Assembly: GCF_001997385.1 (NCBI RefSeq)
Contig: NZ_CP019633.1
Coordinates: 1,890,001-1,922,000 of the forward strand
Length of the DNA stretch: 32,000 nucleotides
Source: Sedimentisphaera cyanobacteriorum
Lineage (GTDB): Bacteria > Planctomycetota > Phycisphaerae > Sedimentisphaerales > Sedimentisphaeraceae
Direction of reading: 5' to 3'
The notes beneath the pieces are model-generated. The model ran no database searches, was not told the origin of the DNA, and saw only the letters and a program-made list of their open reading frames with translations. Each line of letters begins with the position of its first letter. Position 1 is the first letter of the stretch. Shown in pieces: positions 7,702 through 15,336 of the stretch. A program made the position numbers and the translations under genes.

Positions 7702-8675
7702 CTATAACCACTTTTTATTCTTGAAGATTATTATTTGTATAATCACAGCGGCGGCCAATATCAATAAAAAAAACCAAAAAGCGGATTCATCTTCAGCGCC
7801 TGGGATACCGCCTACGTTTATACCTAACAGCCCCGTAAGAAAACTTAACGGCAGAAAAATAGCTGCAGCAAGTGAAAGAACATACATTCTGGAATTCAGC
7901 TGTTCTGAGAGTTTGCCCGAGAGCTGTTCCTGGGCTACTGCTGCACGGTCTCTGATGGAATCGAGGTCTTCATTATATCTGATAAGTTTGTCGTTAGTTT
8001 CTCTAAGCTGCCTACTGTCCTCATCGCTCAGCCAGCTGAAGCGGTCTGTCTGAAGCTTAAACATTGCCTCTCTTTGGGGGGGGGCAGATATCTTTTTAGC
8101 AATATCGCCTCTCTTCTTATTTCTGAAAGCTGAGTTCGCAAGTCATAACTTCCCTCGGAAATAAGCAGCTCTTCAAGCTCATCCAGGCGGTCTTCTATGT
8201 TTTGCACAGTGTCTTCAATTCTTTCAATCAGCCGCTCTGCCAGATCGCTTATGAATTCTCCTGTAGTTTTCGGGCCGTTTTTATCATTGAAAGATTGTAT
8301 GATATCATTCTCAGAGAGCAGTTTTCTTTTTCGCGTGCTGATAATTCGATTCTCATCTGCCCAAAGCCTGATCGCTACCATATCTTCGGGCTCAGAGTTT
8401 GGGCTCAAATTAACGCCTCTCAGGGCAATCAGTGCTGCGTTATCTATCATCGAAACCCTCGGCCGGCTCTCTTCAGACAATAACGCTGATACTGTTGTTT
8501 CATCAAGGCCGCTCTTTTCAGCGAGCCACCTTGCAGAATCAGCTTCTGTATAGTCAAGATGTATCCAGCAGGGACCTTGTTCGGGGAGCCAATTATCCAT
8601 GTCCTGCCGGCTGCCTTGCCGGGCCGAGCCCTTCCCGTCCATAATATAGAAATACAGCAAACCGTTTTCAGACAT
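7702..8675 (-). pseudogene. zntB: ZntB-like CorA-family divalent-cation transporter, interrupted by a frameshift in a G9 (coding-strand C9) homopolymer
   Basis: Two track ORFs, 8028..8675 and 7702..8064, together make one CorA/ZntB protein. The first is the N-terminal cytoplasmic domain, ending ...AILLKRYLPPPKERQCLSFRQTASAG*. The second holds the C-terminal TM helices with FLPLSFLTGLLGINVGGIPG, a ZntB-type GxN motif. The frames switch at the G-run 8076-8084. With 7 or 10 C the product reads RYLPP(P)QREAMFKLQTDRFSWL, an intact ~324-aa protein. Confidence 0.8.
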
Positions 8676-8819
8676 CTCATCCGCTCCTTTAAACGTAAAA
8701 AACTTTCAGCTTTAAGACTCACCGAAAATATTCTAAGCTCATTTTATGAAGCGGCAAGATTAAAAGTTTATGATTCGGGCAGGATGAAACGCATAAACAG
8801 TTTTTATACTGAAAAACCC

Positions 8820-8851
8820 AAAAAAAAGCCGGCAAGCTTCTGCCTGCCGGC
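8820..8851 (-). terminator. Rho-independent terminator after rubredoxin (end of the oxidative-stress operon)
   Basis: On the minus strand the sequence is GCCGGCA-ggcagaagct-TGCCGGC followed by TTTTTTTT. On the plus strand this is the stem at 8828-8834/8845-8851 and the A-run at 8820-8827. Confidence 0.75.
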
Positions 8852-8858
8852 GTGAATG

Positions 8859-9020
8859 TTATTCTACAGGGCTGAATTCATCTTTGCCCACCCCGCATTC
8901 CGGGCAAACCCAGTCGTCGGGGAGATTGTCGAATGATGTTCCCGGCTCAATACCGCTGTCGGGGTCGCCTACAGCTGGGTCGTAAATGTAGCCGCATACA
9001 TCGCATTCATACTTTTGCAT
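8859..9020 (-). CDS. rub: Rubredoxin (53 aa)
   Basis: It is too short for the ORF track. My translation is [53 protein letters not shown]. It has both CxxCG knuckles and the canonical YIYDP and DDWVCP motifs. Confidence 0.92.
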   Translation of the reverse strand: MQKYECDVCGYIYDPAVGDPDSGIEPGTSFDNLPDDWVCPECGVGKDEFSPVE

Positions 9021-9030
9021 AGCATTTCTC

Positions 9031-9492
9031 CTAAACCTTGCTCAATTCTTCGCTGAGAATCGTTATATGACTCATCTCTTCGTTGATAATCTCTTCTACA
9101 GTTTCCTTTGCCTGCTCTGTTTTCAGCGATGCCTTCACGCCGAGATAGTAGCAGACTGAATCCTTCTCCATCCCTATAGCATAGCTCAAAACCCCGCTCG
9201 TATCAAGGGAACGTGCCTTTCGTGCGAGATCCTTATCAGGGGAGAATACCGCATACTTTACGAAATAGTCAAGATACTTCATTGCCTCGTTGTCGGGATT
9301 GAAGGTGTCTGCCTGCTTAACTGCTTCCTGGAGCTTTTCGAAATGCTCGAAATGGTTCTTTTCCCAGCCGGCAAGTTCCTCAAGCAGCTTAGCAGCAGTC
9401 TTGCTGTCGGCGGATTCAGCGGCTCTTGAGTAAAACTCAATCCCGTCTGTTTCCATCGTCTTGGCTACTTCCAATACTTCTAAAGCGTTCAT
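9031..9492 (-). CDS. Rubrerythrin-like / ferritin-like diiron protein (no rubredoxin domain)
   Basis: Trimmed to the Met at 9492, which has GGAG upstream. The sequence [21 protein letters not shown]...LAGWEKNH...[10 protein letters not shown]...INEEMSH shows paired E / ExxH diiron ligand motifs. Confidence 0.75.
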   Translation of the reverse strand: MNALEVLEVAKTMETDGIEFYSRAAESADSKTAAKLLEELAGWEKNHFEHFEKLQEAVKQADTFNPDNEAMKYLDYFVKYAVFSPDKDLARKARSLDTSGVLSYAIGMEKDSVCYYLGVKASLKTEQAKETVEEIINEEMSHITILSEELSKV

Positions 9493-9514
9493 AGGCTTTT
9501 CTCCCGAAAGGTTA

Positions 9515-10024
9515 TTATTCTGAAGGTGCTGGATTAAACACCCTCTGGCCAAGCTCTTTGTCTATCATAAAAAGCCCGCCCTTTGTTTCGCAGGCCATTT
9601 TGGCTTTGTCTATGATATCCTGAACGCTCGCCTCTTCTTCAACCTGCTCTTCAACAAACCAGTTGAGGAATATCTTAGAGGCATGGTCGTTTTCGCTTAT
9701 AGCAACATCCATCAGATCATTGATCAAAGACGTTACCTTCTGCTCATGGGCAAGTACTGCCTCGAAAACCTCTATAGGGCTGTCCCAGCTTCCTTCGGGC
9801 TTGTCAATTTGATCAAGCTCAATCTTTCCGCCCCTCTCAAGCACGTATTCAAAGAACTTGTCCGCGTGGGTAAGCTCTTCCTGCGCCTGAATCTTTGTCC
9901 AGTTGGCGGCGCCGGGCATACCGTTATCAGCAAACCAAGCGCTCATAGCCAGATACAGGTAGGAAGAATAGAGCTCGGCGTTAATCTGAGAGTTAATCGC
10001 CTTGTTTACCTTGTCTTTTATCAT
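9515..10024 (-). CDS. ftn: Non-heme ferritin
   Basis: [42 protein letters not shown]...[13 protein letters not shown]... is a typical Ftn sequence. The start ATG (10024-10022) overlaps the dfx stop as ATGA. Confidence 0.88.
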   Translation of the reverse strand: MIKDKVNKAINSQINAELYSSYLYLAMSAWFADNGMPGAANWTKIQAQEELTHADKFFEYVLERGGKIELDQIDKPEGSWDSPIEVFEAVLAHEQKVTSLINDLMDVAISENDHASKIFLNWFVEEQVEEEASVQDIIDKAKMACETKGGLFMIDKELGQRVFNPAPSE

Positions 10025-10401
10025 TGCTCTGCCTTCCAAAGTCCGTGTTTGTTGCAGTATTCGCGTGCTGTTATCTTTTCAGCGTCAACTTTGAATTCTG
10101 CAATCGGTTCATCGCCCGGGTTGAGGAATTTTACGTAGCTGAAGCCGTCTGCAACAAGCTCAATCCACATTATATAATGCTCCTGCGCCATTGGATGAAG
10201 TACGCTGCCCACGGATACCTTGTAGCCGTCTGTGGTCTTTTCAATTACTGGAACATGCTTTTCTGTTGCAGCATCGGTTGTGTTTCCTTCAAGAAGTCTC
10301 ATAGGAGCGCCGCAGCAGTAAAGCTCGCCGTCGGCTCCGCAGTAAACCTCTACTACATTGCTGCATACAGGGCAAAAATAAATCTGTTGTCTCTTAGCCA
10401 T
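10021..10401 (-). CDS. dfx: Desulfoferrodoxin (2Fe superoxide reductase)
   Basis: 126 aa. It has an N-terminal desulforedoxin-type [10 protein letters not shown]...CCG motif and a C-terminal SOR domain (EKHVPVIE...[14 protein letters not shown]...CNKHGLW). Confidence 0.92.
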   Translation of the reverse strand: MAKRQQIYFCPVCSNVVEVYCGADGELYCCGAPMRLLEGNTTDAATEKHVPVIEKTTDGYKVSVGSVLHPMAQEHYIMWIELVADGFSYVKFLNPGDEPIAEFKVDAEKITAREYCNKHGLWKAEQ

Positions 10402-10451
10402 TTTTGTTACTCCTAAAATAAAGTTACAGCTCTGATTAGAGCCGGCTTAAC

Positions 10452-11630
10452 TTAAACCAGCCCTTCTGATCTGTGTTTTTCAAGTATTTTGTCTGCAAAT
10501 TCGTTTATAAGCCGCAAATCATCTTCTCGCGGCATACCTTTTATCATCAATGGTTCGATTAGTTCAGCCTTTATGTTCGGAATCATTGCCTGAAGCTTTT
10601 CAACCATCTTGCCGCCCCACCCGTAGCTGCCCATAATTGAAACGTATTTCGTTTTAGGCTTGAGCATATTTGAAAGAAAGGCAGCGTTGGCAAGGGCAGG
10701 ATGCGGGCCAGCGAGAATCTGAGGCCCTGCAAGCACTACTGTTGCGCTGTCAACAAGAGATGAGGCAAGCTGGCTTATATCACAGCCGACCAGATTGTAA
10801 GGCGTTGCGAGGATATTTCTTTCGGTAAGCTCATCAAGCAGATGCTCCACCATAATCCGAGTGCTGTGGTGCATTGATATATACGGAATCACCACGTGAT
10901 TTGTAACCTTATCGCTCACCCAGTCCTTATATGCGTTTATCGGAAACTGGGGGTCGTCGTATATCGGTCCGTGGCTTGCGGCTATCATATCGATATCGAG
11001 CTGGTCGATCTTTTCGAGATTCTTAACGATCACCTTCTTGTAGGGCATCATAATCTCAGCGTAGTAGCTTTTGATAAGCTCAAGCTGATAGGCATCTGAT
11101 TTGGCAAACATCTCGCTCGTGGCATAATGAGACCCGAACATATCGCACGGGAAGAGAACTTTGTCTTCCTGCAGGTATGCAGCCATAGTCTCAGGCCAGT
11201 GCACCCACGGGATAAAGAAAAACTGAAGCGTCTTGTCCCCAAGGCTCAGAGTGTCCCATTCCTCTACAACTTTTATCTGTTCGGGGCTGATGTGGAGGTG
11301 TTCCTGAAGCAGCTTAAAGTTCTTTTCATTCGTAACCACCCTGCATTCGGGAAATTCCTGAAGTATCACAGGAATGCAGCCGGAATGGTCCTGCTCGCAA
11401 TGCAGGCTTACAAGGTAATCGATCTTTTCAACGCCCAGCCGCTCCAGATTGGATAAAAGCGTATCAAATTTTTCCGGGTCAACGCTGTCTATAAGTGCAT
11501 TCTTTTCGCTGCCTTTGATGAAGTAGGAGTTGTAAGTAGTCCCTTCGGTGAGAGGAACAAGTTCATCAAAGAATTTCCTGTCCCAGTCTTTTGCTCCCAC
11601 GTAATATATGTTGTTTTTTATTTCCGTCAT
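10452..11630 (-). CDS. fprA: Flavodiiron protein (FprA / rubredoxin:oxygen oxidoreductase type)
   Basis: 392 aa. It has an N-terminal metallo-beta-lactamase-like diiron domain (IYYVGAKDWDRKFFDEL...GTTYNSYFI...SLHCEQDHSG) and a C-terminal flavodoxin-like domain. Confidence 0.88.
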   Translation of the reverse strand: MTEIKNNIYYVGAKDWDRKFFDELVPLTEGTTYNSYFIKGSEKNALIDSVDPEKFDTLLSNLERLGVEKIDYLVSLHCEQDHSGCIPVILQEFPECRVVTNEKNFKLLQEHLHISPEQIKVVEEWDTLSLGDKTLQFFFIPWVHWPETMAAYLQEDKVLFPCDMFGSHYATSEMFAKSDAYQLELIKSYYAEIMMPYKKVIVKNLEKIDQLDIDMIAASHGPIYDDPQFPINAYKDWVSDKVTNHVVIPYISMHHSTRIMVEHLLDELTERNILATPYNLVGCDISQLASSLVDSATVVLAGPQILAGPHPALANAAFLSNMLKPKTKYVSIMGSYGWGGKMVEKLQAMIPNIKAELIEPLMIKGMPREDDLRLINEFADKILEKHRSEGLV

Positions 11631-11675
11631 ATACTCTCCAATCCCTGTGTTTTAATACTTCGCTGTTAATAACTG

Positions 11676-11703
11676 ATTTTACAGTCTTGGCGGCATAATT
11701 CAA
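11676..11703 (-). promoter_or_regulatory. Candidate sigma70-type promoter for fprA-dfx-ftn-rbr-like-rub
   Basis: On the minus strand the sequence reads TTGAAT-16 nt-TAAAAT (plus-strand attcaa 11698-11703 and atttta 11676-11681). It lies just downstream of the rbr hairpin and ~45 nt upstream of the fprA ATG. Confidence 0.35.
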
Positions 11704-11713
11704 AGTTTATTAG

Positions 11714-11743
11714 AAGCGCCGAAGTGCAAAGTCTTCGGCGCTT
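11714..11743 (-). terminator. Strong hairpin after rbr (probable terminator or processing site)
   Basis: An 11-bp perfect stem, AAGCGCCGAAG (11714-11724) / CTTCGGCGCTT (11733-11743), with an 8-nt loop. The downstream U-tract on the minus strand is weak (CTAATAAACTTTG). Confidence 0.5.
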
Positions 11744-11758
11744 AATACTGTGCAGATT

Positions 11759-12331
11759 TTAGTAATTTTCAGGCTTTAGCTGGAAGTATGCCTTTGGATA
11801 CCTGCAAGTGGGGCAGATGCTGGGTGCTTCTTTGCCCTCGTGAAGGTATCCGCAGTTAATGCACATCCAGATGCAGCTGCCTTCTCTCGAAAAAACTTTA
11901 CCTTCTTCAAGGTTTTTCTTGAGGTTGGTGTATCTCTGGCGGTGGTGCATCTCAGCCTTTGCGATGTTCCTGAAAAGCCTTGCAATATCCTTAAAGCCTT
12001 CTTTGTCGGCTTCATCTGCAAAATTCGGATACATCGTTGTTACTTCGTAGTTCTCCCCCTCGAAGCCTTCCTGAAGATTCTCTACAGTAGTGCCAACTTT
12101 GCCTGCCGGGTAAGCGGCGGTAATCTCTACTTCTCTTCCTTCCATAAATCTGAACAGCCTCTTGGCATGCTCTTTTTCATGGTTTGCTGTTTGCTCGAAA
12201 ATATCTGCAATCTGTTCATAGCCTTCTTCTCTTGCCTTCTCGGCAAAATATGTGTAGCGGTTTCTTGCCTGTGATTCACCTGCAAACGCCTTTAGAAGAT
12301 TAGCTTCGGTTTTACTTCCCTTAAGTTCCAT
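11759..12331 (-). CDS. rbr: Rubrerythrin
   Basis: 190 aa. MELKGSKTEANLLKAFAGESQARNRYTYFAEKAREEGYEQIADIFEQTANHEKEHAKR is the diiron four-helix domain. The C-terminal rubredoxin-like motif is CINCGY...CPTC. Confidence 0.93.
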   Translation of the reverse strand: MELKGSKTEANLLKAFAGESQARNRYTYFAEKAREEGYEQIADIFEQTANHEKEHAKRLFRFMEGREVEITAAYPAGKVGTTVENLQEGFEGENYEVTTMYPNFADEADKEGFKDIARLFRNIAKAEMHHRQRYTNLKKNLEEGKVFSREGSCIWMCINCGYLHEGKEAPSICPTCRYPKAYFQLKPENY

Positions 12332-12382
12332 ATAATTCTCCTATGTAAGTTTAGTTATGCTAAAATAGTCTGATTACCCATT

Positions 12383-12829
12383 TTATTCTTTTTCAATTTT
12401 TTTTAAACATTCTTTGCAGCAGCCTTCAATATATACCGATTTTTTCAGTATTTTAAAGCCTTCCGGCATATTTTCAGGCGTCTCTATATCATCAAACGGC
12501 TCATAATGATAATCGAATATCTTTTTGCATATAACGCATTTCATGTGCTGGTGCTTATCGAGCCCAGCATCAAACCTGCGAACATCGCCGCTGCCTTCAA
12601 CTATGAACGCCGCTCCAATCTCTTTGAAAGTGAGCAGAGTTCTGTTTACCGTATCCAGTGAAATCCCCGGGTGCTCTTTTCTTACTTCCCTGTGCACCAT
12701 TTCAGCTGAAGGGTGGGAATTTGTTTCAGCAAGCACCTTGTAAACTGCAACACGCTGCGGGGTTACCCTAAGCCCGTTTTTCCTGCACAAATCTATAAAT
12801 TTTTGGACTTTTTCTTCAGTAGATTTCAT
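12383..12829 (-). CDS. perR: Fur-family transcriptional regulator, PerR-like by context
   Basis: 148 aa. It has a winged-helix N-terminus (RVTPQRVAVYKVLAE...HPSAEMVH) and two CxxC pairs (CVICKK, CCKEC). It is the first gene of a peroxide/superoxide detoxification cluster. Assigning it as PerR rather than Fur or Zur is inference. Confidence 0.7.
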   Translation of the reverse strand: MKSTEEKVQKFIDLCRKNGLRVTPQRVAVYKVLAETNSHPSAEMVHREVRKEHPGISLDTVNRTLLTFKEIGAAFIVEGSGDVRRFDAGLDKHQHMKCVICKKIFDYHYEPFDDIETPENMPEGFKILKKSVYIEGCCKECLKKIEKE

Positions 12830-12861
12830 AAGTTTTTCTGCTGACCTTAATCTTAGTAAGA

Positions 12862-12890
12862 ACTATATAGGAGAAACTCCTATCTGTCAA
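12862..12890 (-). promoter_or_regulatory. Promoter of perR with a palindromic candidate operator in the spacer
   Basis: On the minus strand the sequence reads TTGACA-gATAGGAGtttCTCCTAT-ATAGT. This places the -35 TTGACA at 12890-12885, a 17-nt spacer, and the -10 TATAGT at 12867-12862. The perfect 7-3-7 palindrome ATAGGAG/CTCCTAT occupies 12867-12883. Confidence 0.55.
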
Positions 12891-13076
12891 TGTTTTTTTT
12901 GTGTTTTTTAAAACTTTTCATTTTTTTTCGTAATATCCCGCCTTGCAGGTATAGAATAATATGTAAAGCAAATAAAAATCAATTCCTGCCGCTAAGATTG
13001 CAGCACAGAAATGATTTAGCAGAAGCGGTTTCAGTAAAAAAACATATTTATTATTAAAAAATTGAGGTATTTTCAG

Positions 13077-15188
13077 ATGAGAACAGGTAAATGCAGAGTA
13101 TGGATACTATTTTTAATTCTTTTTTCCTCATGCTCTGGTGCGTTTGCAGAAAAGATTGATGCATCACATCTTAAATACAGCGGACTGCGGGTCCTGGAAG
13201 ATTTTTCGGGAGCCCCGAAGGATGGTGTTTTAAAGAGCTGGGAAATTGAATTGCCGGAGTATAAATCTGTAGTTTATTTCAGCAAAGACGGCAGAAACGG
13301 CCTTTTAAGCGCTGCAAACAGGATTTTTCCCTGGGCAGCCAAAAGTCTTGAAGAGATAATCAGCAGCGATTTCAACCCCGACCCTACAACCCGAGAACCA
13401 TCAAGAAACGGCCTGCTTGCCCTTTTTAAGCTTAAAAACGAAAAGTTCCTTCTGCTTCACGGTTTGGCCTCGGGTAAAGCTATGAGCTATTTCCAGATTC
13501 ACGACAGCGGCAAATTCACCGTAAATCTTGCAACTTTCGGAAAAGAGCGGGTTTCAGGGGATATTCCCCTTATAGCTTGGGCAGAGGGGAAAGATGTTTA
13601 CAAGGTTTTCGATGATGCTTGGGAGCATATTTTTGCCCAGCGGACAATCTCCAAGACCGCAGCAGCGCGCTGCAGGAAAAGATATCCCGAACCGTTCAAA
13701 TATCTGGGCTGGTGCAGCTGGGAGCAGTATCGCAGGGACATCAGCTCCGATCTGCTCGTTGACGCTGCAGGCAGGATTGAATCCAGCTCTGTTCCGGTAC
13801 GCTGGATTCTTGTTGACGACGGCCATCAGCACCAAACCGGCTCCAAAATGGGCGACAGCCGAATGCTTTCTTTCAAGGCCAACCCGAAAACCTTCCCGAA
13901 CGGCTTCAAACCGCTTATGGAGCAGCGTTCTGAGAAAATTAAATGGATGGGCATCTGGCATACTATGAATGCCCATTGGCAGGGGATGCACCCAAACCAC
14001 CAAGTGCAGCAGCTGGATTCCCATCTGATCTCTATCAGCAAGAAAAGAAACGGCGAAGAATTTGAGCTGATGATGCCGAAGGACGACCCTGTTTCTTCAC
14101 GCAAGTTTTACGATGAACTTATCGGTTCTGCTGAAAGGCACGGTTTTGATTTCGTAAAAATTGACAACCAAAACCGTCAGGTATCTTTTTACACCGACAG
14201 GAGCAACGCTGTAGAAGCTGCTGCCCAGAATGCACAGTCGCTCGAAGAGGCAGCTGAAGAGTTTACCGATGGGTTGATCAACTGCTTCGCCCTGGATTTG
14301 ATCAGTGTTATGAATACCAAATACAGCTCAGTTTCGAGGGTTAGTGTTGATTACCTGCTTGGCAATGAAAATAAGGCAAAATCGCACCTTCTTCAGTCTT
14401 ATCAAAATACGCTCTGGATGGGGCAGGCAGTTTGGCCGGACCACGATATGTTCCATTCCTGCGACCCTGTAAGCGGGAGGATGATGGCTGTGAGCAAAGC
14501 TGTTGCCGGTGCACCGATATACCTCTCTGATGCCCCGAAAGATTTTGTGCCCAAGCTTATAAATCCGCTCTGCTGGGACGACGGAGAGCTCCTTCGCCCC
14601 CTTGCCCCAGCTGTACCTCTCCCGGATTCGGTTATGCTCTCGGCATTGTCTCAAGCCCGCCCGTACAGAGTTGCGGCGCCGCTGCCGAACGGCTCAGCGG
14701 CCGTTATTGCATATAATTTGGCAATACCCACACCTGATAAGCCCTTGGAGGCTTCTGTAAAAGAAGCTGACTACACCAAAGCAGGCTCATTTATCCAGCC
14801 TGCCGGGCAGTCTTGGCAGATTCCTGAAGAAGGGCTCGTTTATTACGACTGGTATCAAAAAGCCGGCGGAAAACTGAATTCTGAATATAAATTTGAGCTT
14901 AAAGGGTTTTCAGACCGGTTTGTCCAGCTCTCGCCGATCAAAAAGGGCTGGGCAGTTATCGGAAGGCCGGATAAATACCTTAGCGCTTCCGCTGTTGAGT
15001 CGATTAAATATGCCCCTGAAAAACTTACAGTTGAATTCGTTCAGTCCGGGCCGTTGGTGGTTTACAATAAAAGACCTGTTCAATGCAGCGAGGCTGAGAA
15101 AATAGATAATTTGGGCAATGGCCTATGGAAGCTTAAACTGCCCCAAAATAAAGAGGGGCTGGAAATACAAATTAAAGCCGGCAATTAA
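13077..15188 (+). CDS. GH36-clan glycosidase of the raffinose-synthase / Sip1 (alkaline alpha-galactosidase) type, secreted
   Basis: Trimmed to ATG 13077, giving the signal peptide MRTGKCRVWILFLILFSSCSGAFA. Family-type motifs are present: YLGWCSWEQY, VRWILVDDGHQ, FDFVKIDNQ and VWPDHDMFHS. Confidence 0.7.
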   Translation: MRTGKCRVWILFLILFSSCSGAFAEKIDASHLKYSGLRVLEDFSGAPKDGVLKSWEIELPEYKSVVYFSKDGRNGLLSAANRIFPWAAKSLEEIISSDFNPDPTTREPSRNGLLALFKLKNEKFLLLHGLASGKAMSYFQIHDSGKFTVNLATFGKERVSGDIPLIAWAEGKDVYKVFDDAWEHIFAQRTISKTAAARCRKRYPEPFKYLGWCSWEQYRRDISSDLLVDAAGRIESSSVPVRWILVDDGHQHQTGSKMGDSRMLSFKANPKTFPNGFKPLMEQRSEKIKWMGIWHTMNAHWQGMHPNHQVQQLDSHLISISKKRNGEEFELMMPKDDPVSSRKFYDELIGSAERHGFDFVKIDNQNRQVSFYTDRSNAVEAAAQNAQSLEEAAEEFTDGLINCFALDLISVMNTKYSSVSRVSVDYLLGNENKAKSHLLQSYQNTLWMGQAVWPDHDMFHSCDPVSGRMMAVSKAVAGAPIYLSDAPKDFVPKLINPLCWDDGELLRPLAPAVPLPDSVMLSALSQARPYRVAAPLPNGSAAVIAYNLAIPTPDKPLEASVKEADYTKAGSFIQPAGQSWQIPEEGLVYYDWYQKAGGKLNSEYKFELKGFSDRFVQLSPIKKGWAVIGRPDKYLSASAVESIKYAPEKLTVEFVQSGPLVVYNKRPVQCSEAEKIDNLGNGLWKLKLPQNKEGLEIQIKAGN

Positions 15189-15336
15189 AATCAGTCAGAA
15201 ACTCAATAATTTCTGATTTCTCAAGAAAATTTTGAAAGTTTATTGAAATAAAGCATTTTTTTTGTAAAAATTTTTGGCGTTCGTTGATAAATAGATGAGC
15301 GAAAAATTTTTAACTAATATATGGAGAAACCGATTT

